DNA of 64,000 nucleotides, from contig JAZKCF010000037.1 of assembly GCA_040388195.1 (NCBI GenBank), forward strand, positions 3,512-67,511. Direction: 5' to 3'. The notes below the pieces were generated by a model. The model was not told the origin of the DNA, searched no databases, and was given only the letters and a program-made list of their open reading frames with translations. Shown one piece after another: positions 1 to 8,738 of the stretch. The stretch's first letter is position 1. Each line of letters begins with the position of its first letter. The DNA is from Pseudomonadota bacterium (GTDB lineage Bacteria > Pseudomonadota > Gammaproteobacteria > Burkholderiales > DATLHW01). The translations under genes were made by a program, and so were the position numbers.

Positions 1-1
1 T

Positions 2-553
2 TGGGGCGTGCGTTTAGGCGGTGAGGCGTGGATCGCAAATACCGATTTCGATGGCACGCGTTTCCACCGTGTCGGTGACACATCGGTAATTGTGAAGCGG
101 CGCTTTAAGGTGAATGATGATGCGGCATTCGGTCTCTCGAAGCCGGTGTGATGTCTCATTCAGCCAAGGACGAATTAGGCGTTGGCAAAACCAGCTAGTT
201 AGTGAATGGTATTTATAGTGTGGATATTGAATAAATATCACCTCGATATCAATCTCGCCGGCACATGGCTTGGTCAAGTAGATTCCAATGATAGACGTTG
301 GCAAACGACATGAGCCTGCGCGCTTTCTCGTTCGATTAACGATCGCCGGGGCGTAGTTGGCGAGTTCTCTGGTGCTCATCAGACGAATGTGCCGAACACG
401 GCACAGTTTCTTCTTGCCGCAAGCTACAATTTTTCTAAGCGTGTTGTATTCGATGTCGGCGCAAGCTGGGGTATGACGCGCACTTCGCAAGATTGGTCGT
501 TGTTTACCGGAATGACGATTTTACTTGGTCATGTCTACAACGCAGGAAAATAG
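2..553 (+). pseudogene. possible decayed gene of unknown family (frame +2, interrupted by stops)
   Basis: The frame +2 translation is rich in Gly/Asp/Val/Ala (GNN codons), as real proteins are (..GGEAWIANTDFDGTRFHRVGDTSVIVKRRFKVNDDAAFG.. and ..NFSKRVVFDVGASWGMTRTSQDWSLFTGMTILLGHVYNAGK*). It carries in-frame stops at 149, 176, 200, 203 and 311. This call competes with the minus-strand ORF 14..490. Confidence 0.25.
14..490 (-). CDS. hypothetical ORF, probably an antisense shadow
   Basis: This is the only long ORF here (158 aa). It has a TTG start and no SD. Its composition is Arg/Cys/His/Ile-rich and Gly/Val/Asp-poor, like the antisense shadow ORFs seen opposite purL. It is in exact codon register with plus frame 2. 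Confidence 0.2.
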   Translation of the reverse strand: MRSARHTPACADIEYNTLRKIVACGKKKLCRVRHIRLMSTRELANYAPAIVNRTRKRAGSCRLPTSIIGIYLTKPCAGEIDIEVIFIQYPHYKYHSLTSWFCQRLIRPWLNETSHRLRETECRIIIHLKAPLHNYRCVTDTVETRAIEIGICDPRLTA

Positions 554-562
554 CAGACGGAA

Positions 563-769
563 ATGAAAAAAGTGAATGCCGGTAATTTACGCGCTATCGG
601 TTATGACGAGTGGACACGCGTGTTACAAGTCGAAACAACAGTCGGTAAATTCCAATACACCGGTGTTAGTGCTGATGTTTATCGCCGTTTCGCCGGCTCG
701 TCCTCGATGTGGAGTTATTATCGCGACAACATCGAGGATGAGTTTGCAGCGACGCGTTTACGTTCATAG
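563..769 (+). CDS. KTSC domain-containing protein
   Basis: 68-aa ORF with an ATG start. The pattern ..LRAIGYDEWTRVLQVETTVGKFQYTGVSADVYRRFAGSSSMWSYYRDNI.. matches the KTSC domain signature (IGYD..L.V.F..G..Y.Y..V....Y). Confidence 0.7.
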   Translation: MKKVNAGNLRAIGYDEWTRVLQVETTVGKFQYTGVSADVYRRFAGSSSMWSYYRDNIEDEFAATRLRS

Positions 770-848
770 ATTTCTTGCGTAACAGTAGCGAGCGGTCGTC
801 TGCCGTACCTATGCGGATCACGCCGAGGCAGTAACTTTCGAAAGAAGT

Positions 849-1400
849 TTAATGCAGGTGGCGGCGTCTATCCAACGGTAGCGTATCTCCTGTGGAGAAA
901 TCCATGATTGATGAGTGGCGTCTTGCCCAGTCGCGTGAAAAGAGGTCATTTACTAAAGAAACGACTTCATTGATTGCTGGCTCATCGAAATGGCGGACGA
1001 GAAGATCCGATACGTCTTCCGCCATGCGCCGTCGTTGCGCTTCATGAATAGAGGCTGGTGTCGGTCCGACAAAAACGATGCTCATGTCGTCGTTACCATC
1101 GTCGTCGAAATAGCTGACTTCGATTTCCGCAGCTATTTCTGAAAGGGGGCAAAGGGCACGAATTGCGGGTTCTACGCGGTTTTCGAAATTTTCACTTACG
1201 TCTGCGCTCCAGCAGATCTCGAGAACATTGCTACGCGAATCAAAATGGATGCCGAGCTCGTCATGATGCATGCTTTTTACTTCATGGATCGTTTTTGCTT
1301 CGAGATATTCAAGCCAGGGTTGTAGTGCATCGTTGATCTCGGTTAGAACGATACCGGCGCGCAGATGAATGGTGCCGTGAACATGGACTTCCATGCGCAT
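849..1400 (-). CDS. hypothetical protein (183 aa)
   Basis: Long ORF. The internal ATG at 1400 is preceded by AGGAG 8 nt upstream, so the 55-codon TTG extension to 1565 is probably not translated. The protein is acidic and I recognise no family. Confidence 0.6.
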   Translation of the reverse strand: MRMEVHVHGTIHLRAGIVLTEINDALQPWLEYLEAKTIHEVKSMHHDELGIHFDSRSNVLEICWSADVSENFENRVEPAIRALCPLSEIAAEIEVSYFDDDGNDDMSIVFVGPTPASIHEAQRRRMAEDVSDLLVRHFDEPAINEVVSLVNDLFSRDWARRHSSIMDFSTGDTLPLDRRRHLH

Positions 1401-1882
1401 GATAGAACTCCTGAAGTGATAGTCCGCAATATGCGGATTACTCGTGAGCACCCCGATTAATAGACTTTTTTCGGAACCTACTGCGCAGTCGCAAGTTAGG
1501 CTGGTACGGTATGCAAAATCCTCATTGACTTGTGCGTCAATTCTGATTTCTCTGTTCCAACCCAACTGGACGACCGCTCGTTATGATTCTGGAAGAAGTC
1601 TAATGCTAACCGGCCTTTAAGGCCTTGGTAACTAACGTACGTTTTTATACGCCTGCTTCCCTCGCCCCCAATCGACCAGTCTGCGACGATTTACCGAGGG
1701 TACTCTTAAGTTTCGTATTCTACTCCCATTGTTATTCCATGTTGCATTCGAAACCAGGCAAGGGCTCTGCTGCGACAGTACAAACAATTACTGTAAGCGA
1801 CAGCAGAAATGATGCGTCGCTGATAATAGGCTATGTCGAGTTTCGCGGAACCGTAAAGTATCGTTTGAAGTACAACATGGAT

Positions 1883-2485
1883 TTAGCAGGGGGGCTGGCC
1901 GGGAAGCGGTTGGGGCGAACGTTCAAAGTGAAAGCGTTCAGGCACCTCGATAAATGACAAAAATCCTAGTGGCAGTAGTTTAGTACCCCAGCGCAAGCGG
2001 GAGGATTGAATTGCCACGGGATTGCCTTCCAGCAGCAATTCGACGGTGCTATCGGATAAGGGCATGCCTTTCAAGTCACAAAATGCACTTGCCAGGACGG
2101 CAAGGCTTTGCGTTTCAACGCAGCCAATTCCGTGTTCACAAGCCAGTAGCAAACAGCCGCTATCATCAAGCCAGCAGCTGGACGGTTGGTTGATTGCCAG
2201 TCCCGTATGCGTTTCGCTCAAGAAGTGGGCGTTGCTATCACGCCAAATTCGGTAAATATAGGGCGTATGTTCCAGTGTTACCAACACACGTTGCGGGCCA
2301 TTTTGGAAATACCATTGTCCTGCCTCATTACAGAGGTAATTTCGATTGATGAAGGCGTTAACGGTGGGATTGGTAATCGGTTCGTCTTTAATCAACCATC
2401 GCCCGCGACGATCAAGCTGGAGCCAACCGTAAACGGATGGTACATTGGGCCAGCGCATCATTGCTTGAAGTACGATATTGTCCAT
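1883..2485 (-). CDS. conserved hypothetical protein
   Basis: ORF with N-terminus ..MRWPNVPSVYGWLQLDRRGRWLIKDE.., a motif I recall from uncharacterised proteobacterial proteins. The ATG at 2485 has AAGGAAG about 10 nt upstream. It is divergent from the GNAT gene. Confidence 0.6.
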   Translation of the reverse strand: MDNIVLQAMMRWPNVPSVYGWLQLDRRGRWLIKDEPITNPTVNAFINRNYLCNEAGQWYFQNGPQRVLVTLEHTPYIYRIWRDSNAHFLSETHTGLAINQPSSCWLDDSGCLLLACEHGIGCVETQSLAVLASAFCDLKGMPLSDSTVELLLEGNPVAIQSSRLRWGTKLLPLGFLSFIEVPERFHFERSPQPLPGQPPC

Positions 2486-2558
2486 ATAAAACATCTTCCT
2501 TACTTTTAAATCGCTTCACTAGACTGGTTTTGATATAGCTTTTTATAGGATACCTTTG

Positions 2559-2999
2559 ATGATAGTTGCCAGCGAAAAATTCAAGATCAGTGAAATTAGT
2601 TGGGAGGAGGGTAGCTATGAACTGGCCGCTATTCGACGAGTGGTATTCGTCCTTGAGCAGAACGTGCCTGAAGATCTAGAGTGGGATGGCATAGACCCGC
2701 AATGCTGCCATGTGCTGGCACGCGATTTTACCGGGCGTCCCGTCGGCACTGGGCGTTTATTGCCCGATGGCCATATTGGCCGCATGGCGGTACTAAAACC
2801 CTGGCGCGGCAATGGTGTCGGTGCGGCAATGCTGGCGCATTTGATTGCCATTGCCAAGCGTTTTGGTCATCAGACACTCATGCTTAATGCACAAACCTAC
2901 GCAGTGCCGTTTTATGCCAAATACGGTTTTCAGCCCGAAGGTGAGGAATTTATCGATGCCGGTATTCCTCATCAAGCAATGCGTTTAACCGTCGGATAA
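2559..2999 (+). CDS. GNAT family N-acetyltransferase
   Basis: Acetyl-CoA binding motif region ..GRMAVLKPWRGNGVGAAMLAHLIAIAKRFG.. and C-terminal ..FYAKYGFQPEGEEF.. Confidence 0.85.
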   Translation: MIVASEKFKISEISWEEGSYELAAIRRVVFVLEQNVPEDLEWDGIDPQCCHVLARDFTGRPVGTGRLLPDGHIGRMAVLKPWRGNGVGAAMLAHLIAIAKRFGHQTLMLNAQTYAVPFYAKYGFQPEGEEFIDAGIPHQAMRLTVG

Positions 3000-3008
3000 G
3001 GTTTCTAT

Positions 3009-3164
3009 CTAACTCGTTTCTAGGCTTAATAATTCCTCCGCCTTGAGTTTCGCCACGACATGGCCTTGTGGTGGTGTCCGGGAATACCAATCAATTGCTT
3101 GGTGTAGGTCTTTTTCGATGCCGTTCTTGTATTGTTTCTCCAGCTTAGTCGAAGAATTACAAAT
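3009..3164 (-). pseudogene. Sel1-like repeat fragment (gene relic)
   Basis: A start-less 51-codon open frame translates as ..YKNGIEKDLHQAIDWYSRTPPQGHVVAKLKAEELL.. This resembles one Sel1/TPR-like repeat (G.G..KD...A..WY..AA.QG). It has no start codon or upstream continuation. Confidence 0.3.
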
Positions 3165-3342
3165 TCATCGCGCGATAGCTGAAAAGCCGGGAGGTTGTAG
3201 CAATTGATAGTGGCATTTAAAAAATTATCAGCTTATCCCTTACAGATGGCGTGCGTTGTCGTTAAATGGCGACATTTTTGATGCTTGACAGTCCCGAAAG
3301 CCGCGCCGATACTTGTTCTAGGTCGGTATAGGGAAATTGCGC

Positions 3343-3780
3343 ATGAAAAATTATGGAGAAGCCTACAGGCGTGAACTAGAGCGGGCGAAGGTAGAAGCTA
3401 AAACTCCTAAACGCGCCTTAAAACCAATATTCGATGTAAATAGAACGTTCGAGCGATATCAGTCTATTGTCGAGGATTTGCAAAAGGTTGGTGCTCCGGT
3501 GTTCTTCTCATCGGCAGTACAGACCGCACCCGCTACTTACGTGGTGACGATGACAATTGGTTCGGCTGATTATGAAGTCATGTTTTTCAATGATTCCATC
3601 AAGGTATTTTGGCGCGGACCAGACAAAACACCGATGATCTATGACGCATTATCCCCCTCACGCCTAAATGCCCTTGCTCGAATCATTATCGATCGCGCGG
3701 TTGCTTCTACTTTGGTGGAAGAAGCAAACCCTGAGCGGAGTAATGGAGCCAAAAAGGTAGTGATGTTTTCTCAATCGTAA
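3343..3780 (+). CDS. hypothetical protein (145 aa)
   Basis: ORF with an ATG at 3343 preceded by AGGGAAA. A TTGACA-17-GATACT promoter-like site lies at 3285-3313. I recognise no family. Confidence 0.55.
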   Translation: MKNYGEAYRRELERAKVEAKTPKRALKPIFDVNRTFERYQSIVEDLQKVGAPVFFSSAVQTAPATYVVTMTIGSADYEVMFFNDSIKVFWRGPDKTPMIYDALSPSRLNALARIIIDRAVASTLVEEANPERSNGAKKVVMFSQS

Positions 3781-3817
3781 ATTTGCATAAGTTCTAATAG
3801 TTTTATTGCGCGCTCTT

Positions 3818-4249
3818 CTACAGCGCTTGTTCATTCAACACCAGCCAATAAAGCCCTAGCTGTTTTGCCGCTTCCATGAACTGAAGAAAGTCCACTGGTT
3901 TACGCACATAACTGTTGGCACCTAAGTTGTAGCTTTCGATTACATCTTGCTGTTCCTTGGAGGACGTGAGAACGACAACCGGAATCCGGCGCGTGCGATC
4001 GTCTGCGCGTAAACGCTTTAGTACTTCCAGGCCATCCACTTTCGGTAATTTCAAATCCAACAAAATCACAGTCGGCATGATGCTGAGATCTCGCCCCGCG
4101 TGAGTGCCTGTGCCAAATAGGTAATCAAGTGCTTCCGCGCCATCGCGGGAAACGACTACGTCATTAACGATATGGCTTTTGCGAAAGGCAATTAACGTAA
4201 GTTCTTCATCGTCGGGGTTATCTTCAACCAGCAATATAATTTTTGTCAT
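3818..4249 (-). CDS. response regulator, receiver domain only (CheY-like)
   Basis: ..ILLVEDNPDDEELT.. (acidic pocket), ..ILLDLKLPKVDG.. (phospho-Asp) and ..VVVLTSS.. / ..NSYVRKP.. are present. There is no output domain. The ATG at 4249 has GGAGAAA upstream and forms an ATGA overlap with the kinase stop. Confidence 0.9.
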   Translation of the reverse strand: MTKIILLVEDNPDDEELTLIAFRKSHIVNDVVVSRDGAEALDYLFGTGTHAGRDLSIMPTVILLDLKLPKVDGLEVLKRLRADDRTRRIPVVVLTSSKEQQDVIESYNLGANSYVRKPVDFLQFMEAAKQLGLYWLVLNEQAL

Positions 4250-5778
4250 GAGATTTTTCTCCAAGCAGATAAAGTGAAATAAAACGTTGCGCCTTCGTTC
4301 AACTTCGCGTCGGCCCAGATTTGGCCGCCATGGCGGTGAATAATTCGTTGAACATTAGCGAGTCCTACGCCGGTTCCTTCGAACTCACTAATAGAATGCA
4401 GGCGTTGAAATGCGCCGAACAATTTTTCGACATATTTCATATCGAATCCTGTTCCATTGTCGCGTACAAAATAGGTTTTCTTGTCGGCGATTATCGTACT
4501 TCCAACTTCAATTCGAGCTAACGATTTTTTACCGGTAAATTTCCAGGCATTGTTAAGTAGATTTTCCAGCGCTACACGCATTAAAATTACGTCGGCCTGA
4601 ATGATTATATTCGGCTCAATCAAGAATTCCACTTTGCGCTCTGGCATCGATTCGTGCAAATCGTTCGCGATCGAGGAGGCCAGTTCGCTTAAGTTTACCT
4701 CTGTAAGATTCATTTCACTACGAATTGTCCGCGACAGTTGCAGCAAGTCATCTATTAAATGACTCATACGATCCGTAGCATTACGGATACGCACCAGATA
4801 ATGCCTTCCTTGTTCATCCAGTTTATTAGCGTAGTTCTCCAGCAAAATGAGGGTGAAGCCGTCAATGCCTCGAAGGGGCGTGCGTAGATCGTGGGAGACT
4901 GAATAGGAAAATGATTCCAGTTCTTTATTGGCCGCTGCGAGTTCTGCGGTTCGTACCATAACGCGCTTTTCCAAGGTTTCATTGAGTTCGGCCACTTCGG
5001 CGCGCGCGAGTTTATGTTCGGCTATCTCTAGCTGCAGGGCCTTATTGGCAGCTTGTAATGCAGTTTCTCGCAATTGAATCTGGGTGAGCATTTGGTTGAA
5101 TGCGTCAACGAGTACGCCAACCTCGTCACCGTCGTACTTAATTGCTCGTTGAGAATAATCATGATGATCGATTACTTGTCGCGCGGTCTGTGTTACTTCC
5201 AGCAGCGGCTTGGCGATCATGGCTTGTAGTCGAGTCGATAGAAGAAGTGAACTTCCTAGCGAGAGAATCAATAAACCTAATACGATGCCGGCGTAACGGA
5301 CCAAACGTTCTTTGAGCCCCAGATCTGCGCGCAAGTGCACGGTGCCAATGAATTGGCCGCCTTGCATAATACTGCGAAATAAAAGGATATCGTTGCTCTC
5401 GATGCGGTGTCCATCCGCTTCCGTGGGCGTCGTATTGAATTCGGTACTGCCACTCCGATTGTAAGTGGCGAATACGTGACCTGCCTTGTCATAGATGATT
5501 GCCGCCACCACTAAAGGTTTTGCTCTAAGCGACGATAAATATTCCCGCGCCGCTTTTGCGTCGTTAAAAATTACTGCGGCACTGCTAATTGCACCGAGGA
5601 TTTCTGCTTGTGCGGTTAAATCACTAATCCTTTGTTCTTTGTAGGTAATCGAGTCGTAAGTCACGATGGTAAAACCGGCAAGCACCAAGGCGGTAGTGCT
5701 AGTTAGGATGGTGATCCAAAACAGCTTCGCCCGAATCGAAAATTTCGTGAACAGAAATTGTCCCGCTGGCTTATTCAT
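4246..5778 (-). CDS. sensor histidine kinase (CHASE8-like periplasmic domain, HAMP, HisKA, HATPase_c)
   Basis: Two TM segments flank a sensor region with ..AAVIFNDAKAAREYLSSLRAKPLVVAAIIYDKAGHVFATY.. This is followed by HAMP, a coiled coil, the H-box ..FSYSVSHDLRTPLR.., the N-box ..LLNNAWKF.. and the G-boxes ..DNGTGF.. / ..GTGVGL.. Confidence 0.9.
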   Translation of the reverse strand: MNKPAGQFLFTKFSIRAKLFWITILTSTTALVLAGFTIVTYDSITYKEQRISDLTAQAEILGAISSAAVIFNDAKAAREYLSSLRAKPLVVAAIIYDKAGHVFATYNRSGSTEFNTTPTEADGHRIESNDILLFRSIMQGGQFIGTVHLRADLGLKERLVRYAGIVLGLLILSLGSSLLLSTRLQAMIAKPLLEVTQTARQVIDHHDYSQRAIKYDGDEVGVLVDAFNQMLTQIQLRETALQAANKALQLEIAEHKLARAEVAELNETLEKRVMVRTAELAAANKELESFSYSVSHDLRTPLRGIDGFTLILLENYANKLDEQGRHYLVRIRNATDRMSHLIDDLLQLSRTIRSEMNLTEVNLSELASSIANDLHESMPERKVEFLIEPNIIIQADVILMRVALENLLNNAWKFTGKKSLARIEVGSTIIADKKTYFVRDNGTGFDMKYVEKLFGAFQRLHSISEFEGTGVGLANVQRIIHRHGGQIWADAKLNEGATFYFTLSAWRKIS

Positions 5779-6392
5779 TACTTATTATTATCGTCTACGA
5801 CTTTAGCAACGCTCAGTAACTTTGAGCTGACTTTTAGCCCGGCACGATTGGCCGCTTCCGGGTCGATTGCAAAACGAATTTTATTTCCCTGAAGAATAAA
5901 ATTGATGATTCCTCTCGCGTCTTTGGATTGATCGCTGACGGTAAGTACATGGGTGTCACGTAAGCCCGCTAAGATTTGCCCTAAATTTTCCGTTTCGGTA
6001 GGGCTGATATAAAGAACATGCGCGGCTCTAGCTTGATCTACATGTTTGTAACGAGATATGACAATCGGTCTTCCGTTTACTGTTTGGTTTTGCACCATTT
6101 CGTCGAGGGAAGGGCCAAAGGGATCGCTGCCTAGTATTCCGATAATGAACGGCGTGTCCGGAGTCGGAAATGTACTTTGCGGCCAATCGATAAAGGAACC
6201 GAATTTGTAAAGGTATGCGCCTTTTACTGCGTATTCAAGCGAGGGATTGATTGTTGTTGCAGGCGTTTCGGCGGCGAGCGAAGTCGCCATAACCATAATT
6301 AATGTTATCCATATGCGTAGACAGACGTCATACAACTGGTGCCGTAAACGGCGGGCGGATGTACGCAACATAGCGTTTTTCAAAATTTCCAT
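5778..6392 (-). CDS. YfiR/DUF4154 family periplasmic protein
   Basis: Signal peptide, then ..EYAVKGAYLYKFGSFIDWP.. and ..FIIGILG.., typical of DUF4154. The start is uncertain (ATG 6392 or ATG 6371). Its stop overlaps the kinase ATG (TAATG). Confidence 0.8.
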   Translation of the reverse strand: MEILKNAMLRTSARRLRHQLYDVCLRIWITLIMVMATSLAAETPATTINPSLEYAVKGAYLYKFGSFIDWPQSTFPTPDTPFIIGILGSDPFGPSLDEMVQNQTVNGRPIVISRYKHVDQARAAHVLYISPTETENLGQILAGLRDTHVLTVSDQSKDARGIINFILQGNKIRFAIDPEAANRAGLKVSSKLLSVAKVVDDNNK

Positions 6393-8308
6393 ACTGCTTT
6401 TAGCAGAGCGCTACGTTGGATTTCTCGACGTTCTGCTGTCGTTCCAAATTCCGAATGCTGTTGATCGAGTAAATTACGACCGGTCAAGGATATTTCTAGT
6501 GTCTTGTTTGCTCTCCATCCCAGGCGAATATCCATGCCTGTATAAGCCGGTACCGCGATCGCAGGGATGGCGCTTACATGGGTAAGCGTTCCGTCGAGTT
6601 CGATGTTGGGTGTTAAATCCATTGAGGAGCGAAATAAAAAACGGTGCTTGGCGTCATCGGTTTCATTTGTCATGATGCTGCCAGGGTCAACCCGTAAATC
6701 CTCTTCCAGATATGCATATCCTGCTTTTAATCGCCAAGATGCGGTTAGGTAAAAGTCCGCCCACATCTCAGCCCCATAGGTATCTCCTTTTTCGCCATTA
6801 TTAATCACCGCATTTCCTGTCGTGCCTGGTACTGGCGTTAAAGTACGGATGCGCTTATATACATTGTAGAAAGTGGAAATCACCACAGATAGCCGGCTAT
6901 TCGGCTGAGTTCGATAACCGGCTTCATAAGCCGTCAAAGTCTCGGACTGGAAGTCAGGCCCGCCGATCAGATTGAAAGGAAAACGCGATGATGGGGGAAC
7001 AAAAATATCTCGATCTATTCGAGACGGGGTCCGCACCGCGCGTGATATTGCCGCCCAGGCAAATTGCCTATCCGATAATTTCCAGCCGAGCCTTATATTC
7101 GGTTGAATCTCAAGCCCAGTATAGCTATTGTGTTCAAACTTTGAGCCGAGCGTGAGTTGGGCCTTATTGTCGAATAATGCAATGCTGTCTTGAGCGAAAA
7201 GATTGCTGGTGTCTAAAGTACGTTTTTCAGGAATGAAGGCGAAACCAGCAGTGTTTTGTACATGATCTTTTGAGGAACGATAGCCGCCACCCCATACTAT
7301 GTCATGATTTTTTGCGACATTGAATTGATGCTGGAAATCTACGTCAAAAGTGTTCCTGGTTTCCGCTCCTGAGCGAGGAATTTCTCGATTGGTGTGGTCA
7401 TAGTAAATTTGTAACTGGAGATTTGAGTTTTTGGTCAATTGACGCTGCCAGCGACTCAATAAATTCGCCCCGTCGATGGCAAGATTCGTGCCGGTAAAGC
7501 GTTGATCGCTTGTGCCTTGATAAGCGTCGCCTTGCACGGTAAATGAGTCGGTTGCGTTATTCCAATCGGTTCGAAATCCGGCTTGGCTTTTGTTCCAGGA
7601 ATCTTCTGCGGAGTTGCCATTGGCTAACACGGTGCTGTCTTGGTCGGTGTATTTACCATAGACGCGGTACGCACCGGTCTCCGCGAATTTACCGCCATGA
7701 CGGAATTCGACGAGCCCGCGATCTTCAGTGCCGCTGCCAGCAACTAATGTCGTACCTTGGGTATCGTATGCACTGCGAGTGCGGATATTAATGACGCCAT
7801 TAACGGCATTCGAGCCCCACATTGTTCCGCCGGGACCGCTAATAACTTCGATGCGATCGACGTCTTCTAGCAAGACATCTTGTACATCCCAAAACACGCC
7901 GGAATAAAGCGGGGTATATACACTGCGCCCATCGATAAGTACTTGCATTTTATTTGCGGTAGACGTGTTGAATCCGCGGGCGCTGATTGCATATTGACTA
8001 GAGCTAATTTGCGCCACTTGAAGATTGGGCGCGAGACGAAGTGCCTCGGGAAGATTGGTTACGCCGGTACGGCGAATATCTTCACGGGTAATGACGAAAA
8101 TTGACGCAGCTGCTTCGGAAACCTTCTGGGCTTTTCTGGAGACCGAAGTGATTTCGATATTGCCTAAATCTTCGAGACTGAGCTCGGCAAGAGAGCGTGA
8201 GTCGGGCAACTCCGCACGTTCCTGTGCTGCTGGCGAGTTAGTCCAACACGTTGAGACGGCGCAGGCCAATAACAATTGCTTGTAAAATCTTTTATGGGCG
8301 ATATTCAT
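6380..8308 (-). CDS. TonB-dependent receptor
   Basis: Signal peptide; TonB-box/plug ..LSLEDLGNIEITSVSRK..; plug motifs ..LRLAPNLQV.., ..ISARGF.., ..IDGRSVY.. and ..IEVISGPGGTMWGSNAVNGVINI..; beta-barrel ending ..AVWKF. Confidence 0.9.
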   Translation of the reverse strand: MNIAHKRFYKQLLLACAVSTCWTNSPAAQERAELPDSRSLAELSLEDLGNIEITSVSRKAQKVSEAAASIFVITREDIRRTGVTNLPEALRLAPNLQVAQISSSQYAISARGFNTSTANKMQVLIDGRSVYTPLYSGVFWDVQDVLLEDVDRIEVISGPGGTMWGSNAVNGVINIRTRSAYDTQGTTLVAGSGTEDRGLVEFRHGGKFAETGAYRVYGKYTDQDSTVLANGNSAEDSWNKSQAGFRTDWNNATDSFTVQGDAYQGTSDQRFTGTNLAIDGANLLSRWQRQLTKNSNLQLQIYYDHTNREIPRSGAETRNTFDVDFQHQFNVAKNHDIVWGGGYRSSKDHVQNTAGFAFIPEKRTLDTSNLFAQDSIALFDNKAQLTLGSKFEHNSYTGLEIQPNIRLGWKLSDRQFAWAAISRAVRTPSRIDRDIFVPPSSRFPFNLIGGPDFQSETLTAYEAGYRTQPNSRLSVVISTFYNVYKRIRTLTPVPGTTGNAVINNGEKGDTYGAEMWADFYLTASWRLKAGYAYLEEDLRVDPGSIMTNETDDAKHRFLFRSSMDLTPNIELDGTLTHVSAIPAIAVPAYTGMDIRLGWRANKTLEISLTGRNLLDQQHSEFGTTAERREIQRSALLKAVWKF

Positions 8309-8432
8309 GTGCCCCTCACGATTGTAAAGTTAGCGTGCCATCAGTCCTTTCCCCCTTTGTTTCCCTCGTCAACTTTAGAGCCTAATAAAACAATTTTTTT
8401 AACGTAGTAGGCCACGACTGTTCATGATTGAT

Positions 8433-8738
8433 TCATTGAATAGCAATGTCAAGCTTTTGTGAATCAATAAAAATTTCTGTTTTTCTCTTATCGTGGCTGC
8501 ATAGTTTTACCACGCCGGTTTCAGCGATTAACCGCTGCAAAATAGATTCAAATTCGTCGCGATTTCTAACGTTTTCGTATACTTCCATCCAAAGCATTGG
8601 TGCCTCAACCTTGGTTAGCAAGCGGCCTACAATGCCCGTTTCACGGGTAAGCATCGATTGCATCGTCGATACCTGCCCGCGCAACTCGTCTGCGGTTTCA
8701 ACTGGTACCTGATAGTAGATATAAAAGTGATAACTCAC
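8433..8738 (-). CDS. DUF4936 family protein
   Basis: ..FYIYYQV..ADELRGQV..MQSML..TGIVGRLL.K...PMLWMEVYENV.. matches my recollection of DUF4936. It has an ATGA overlap with the ygfZ stop. Confidence 0.65.
   Translation of the reverse strand: MSYHFYIYYQVPVETADELRGQVSTMQSMLTRETGIVGRLLTKVEAPMLWMEVYENVRNRDEFESILQRLIAETGVVKLCSHDKRKTEIFIDSQKLDIAIQ

Noticed and set aside
1625-1957. 110-aa plus-strand ORF in the 1401-1882 gap, overlapping the 3' end of the 1883-2485 gene.
   Set aside because: It has a TTG start and no RBS, and I recognise nothing in it. It overlaps a better gene on the opposite strand. I cannot support it from sequence alone.
8421-8446. Possible Fur-box-like AT-rich sequence (CATGATTGATTCATTGAAT) upstream of the TonB-dependent receptor.
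   Set aside because: It matches the GATAATGATAATCATTATC consensus poorly, lies over 110 nt from the start codon, and overlaps the stop region of the upstream gene.
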